Assembly (NCBI RefSeq): GCF_030144855.1
Contig: NC_082717.1
Location: 110,484,001-110,548,000 of the forward strand
Length of the DNA: 64,000 nt
Direction: 5' to 3'
Origin: Hypanus sabinus
Taxonomy: Eukaryota
Of this stretch, positions 63,318 through 64,000 are shown piece by piece. The notes beneath the pieces are model-generated. The model had not been told where the DNA came from. It saw only the letters and a program-made list of their open reading frames with translations, and did not search any database. The position numbers and the translations under genes are program-made. How positions within the stretch are numbered: position 1 is the stretch's first letter; the number at the start of each line of letters is the position of its first letter.

Positions 63318-64000
63318 TGTTATGTACCGCGTAACTAGCAGAAATGGAATGATACATTGGAGTCTGGTGGTACTGAAACTAATGTTTATTAGTAAACTAA
63401 ACAATACAGTATCAAAAATGCCAATATACATATAAAACAGGTTAGCAATAATAAAATCAGAAGTGTAGGAATAAAAATTAACAGTATGAAACAAGCTCTA
63501 TCGAATTCTAGGGGTAATTGTATTGTCATAGGAGAATATAGAGTTCAGTTCGTATTGAGGTAGTTGTTGTGTTGCAATGTTGGAGAGAGAGAGAGAGAGT
63601 GAACGAGAGATGAGCAGCTGCAGCAGGCAAACCTTCCGTCGTCTTCTTGTCCCGTTGTACCTTTGGGGTCACCGATTATGACCCTTCCGTTCCAGGCGAG
63701 ACCGTTCTTCAGTGATGGACTCGTCACCCAGGCAAGGGCGGACACACACACAAGTCCCCACCGGTCTGCCTTCATACACCTTGCTCCAGACCGATTCTTT
63801 TGAACCGACCCTCCAGGCCTCCACCTTCCTGTGGGTGCACAACACAATTTCAGTGTCCACTGGTGTGTCTGAGAGTGTGTCCCCAGACCCGTCTTTTATC
63901 CCCACTGACGGGGTATCAGCCCTCCATCAACTCTATGTCCATCAAACTGGCCACTCCTGCTGTCTCCTCAGGAATGTTAACGAGCAAAGAAGTGTCCCTG
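63318..64000 (-). mobile_element. LTR-like sequence running off the window
   Basis: TGTTATGTACC terminus similar to 30158, AATAAA on the minus strand at 63385-63390, and an internal (GA)n run. Confidence 0.45.

Overview
Repeat-dense vertebrate DNA. The retroelement mix and gene types suggest a cartilaginous fish, probably a ray; this is an inference. Most of the window is nested, decayed retroelements: many CR1 LINEs, Rex1/Babar LINEs, Penelope-like remnants, TG...CA solo-LTR-like elements with 5-bp target-site duplications (TSDs), a chromodomain Gypsy end, and one end-to-end RTE LINE (52278-56318) with a perfect 15-bp TSD. The only clearly intact gene is a two-exon class A GPCR of the GPR139-like type on the minus strand (join 37032..36963, 36256..35358; 322 aa). 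The ORF track misses its first exon. Pseudogenes: a RING/B-box TRIM (two exons visible) and two C2H2 zinc-finger remnants, each with a CpG-rich, NRF1-motif region upstream. Most notable: (1) a ~31-copy 49-bp minisatellite built from IRF/ISRE-like motifs, 2.1 kb downstream of the GPCR, which has its own GAAACTGAAA motif just upstream of the ATG; (2) at least six relic minimal hammerhead-ribozyme motifs in Penelope-derived tails; (3) two related LTR-like elements with shared ends but unrelated, repeat-built interiors. No CRISPR array, tRNA or rRNA gene could be supported. All family assignments come from motif recognition, not database searches.
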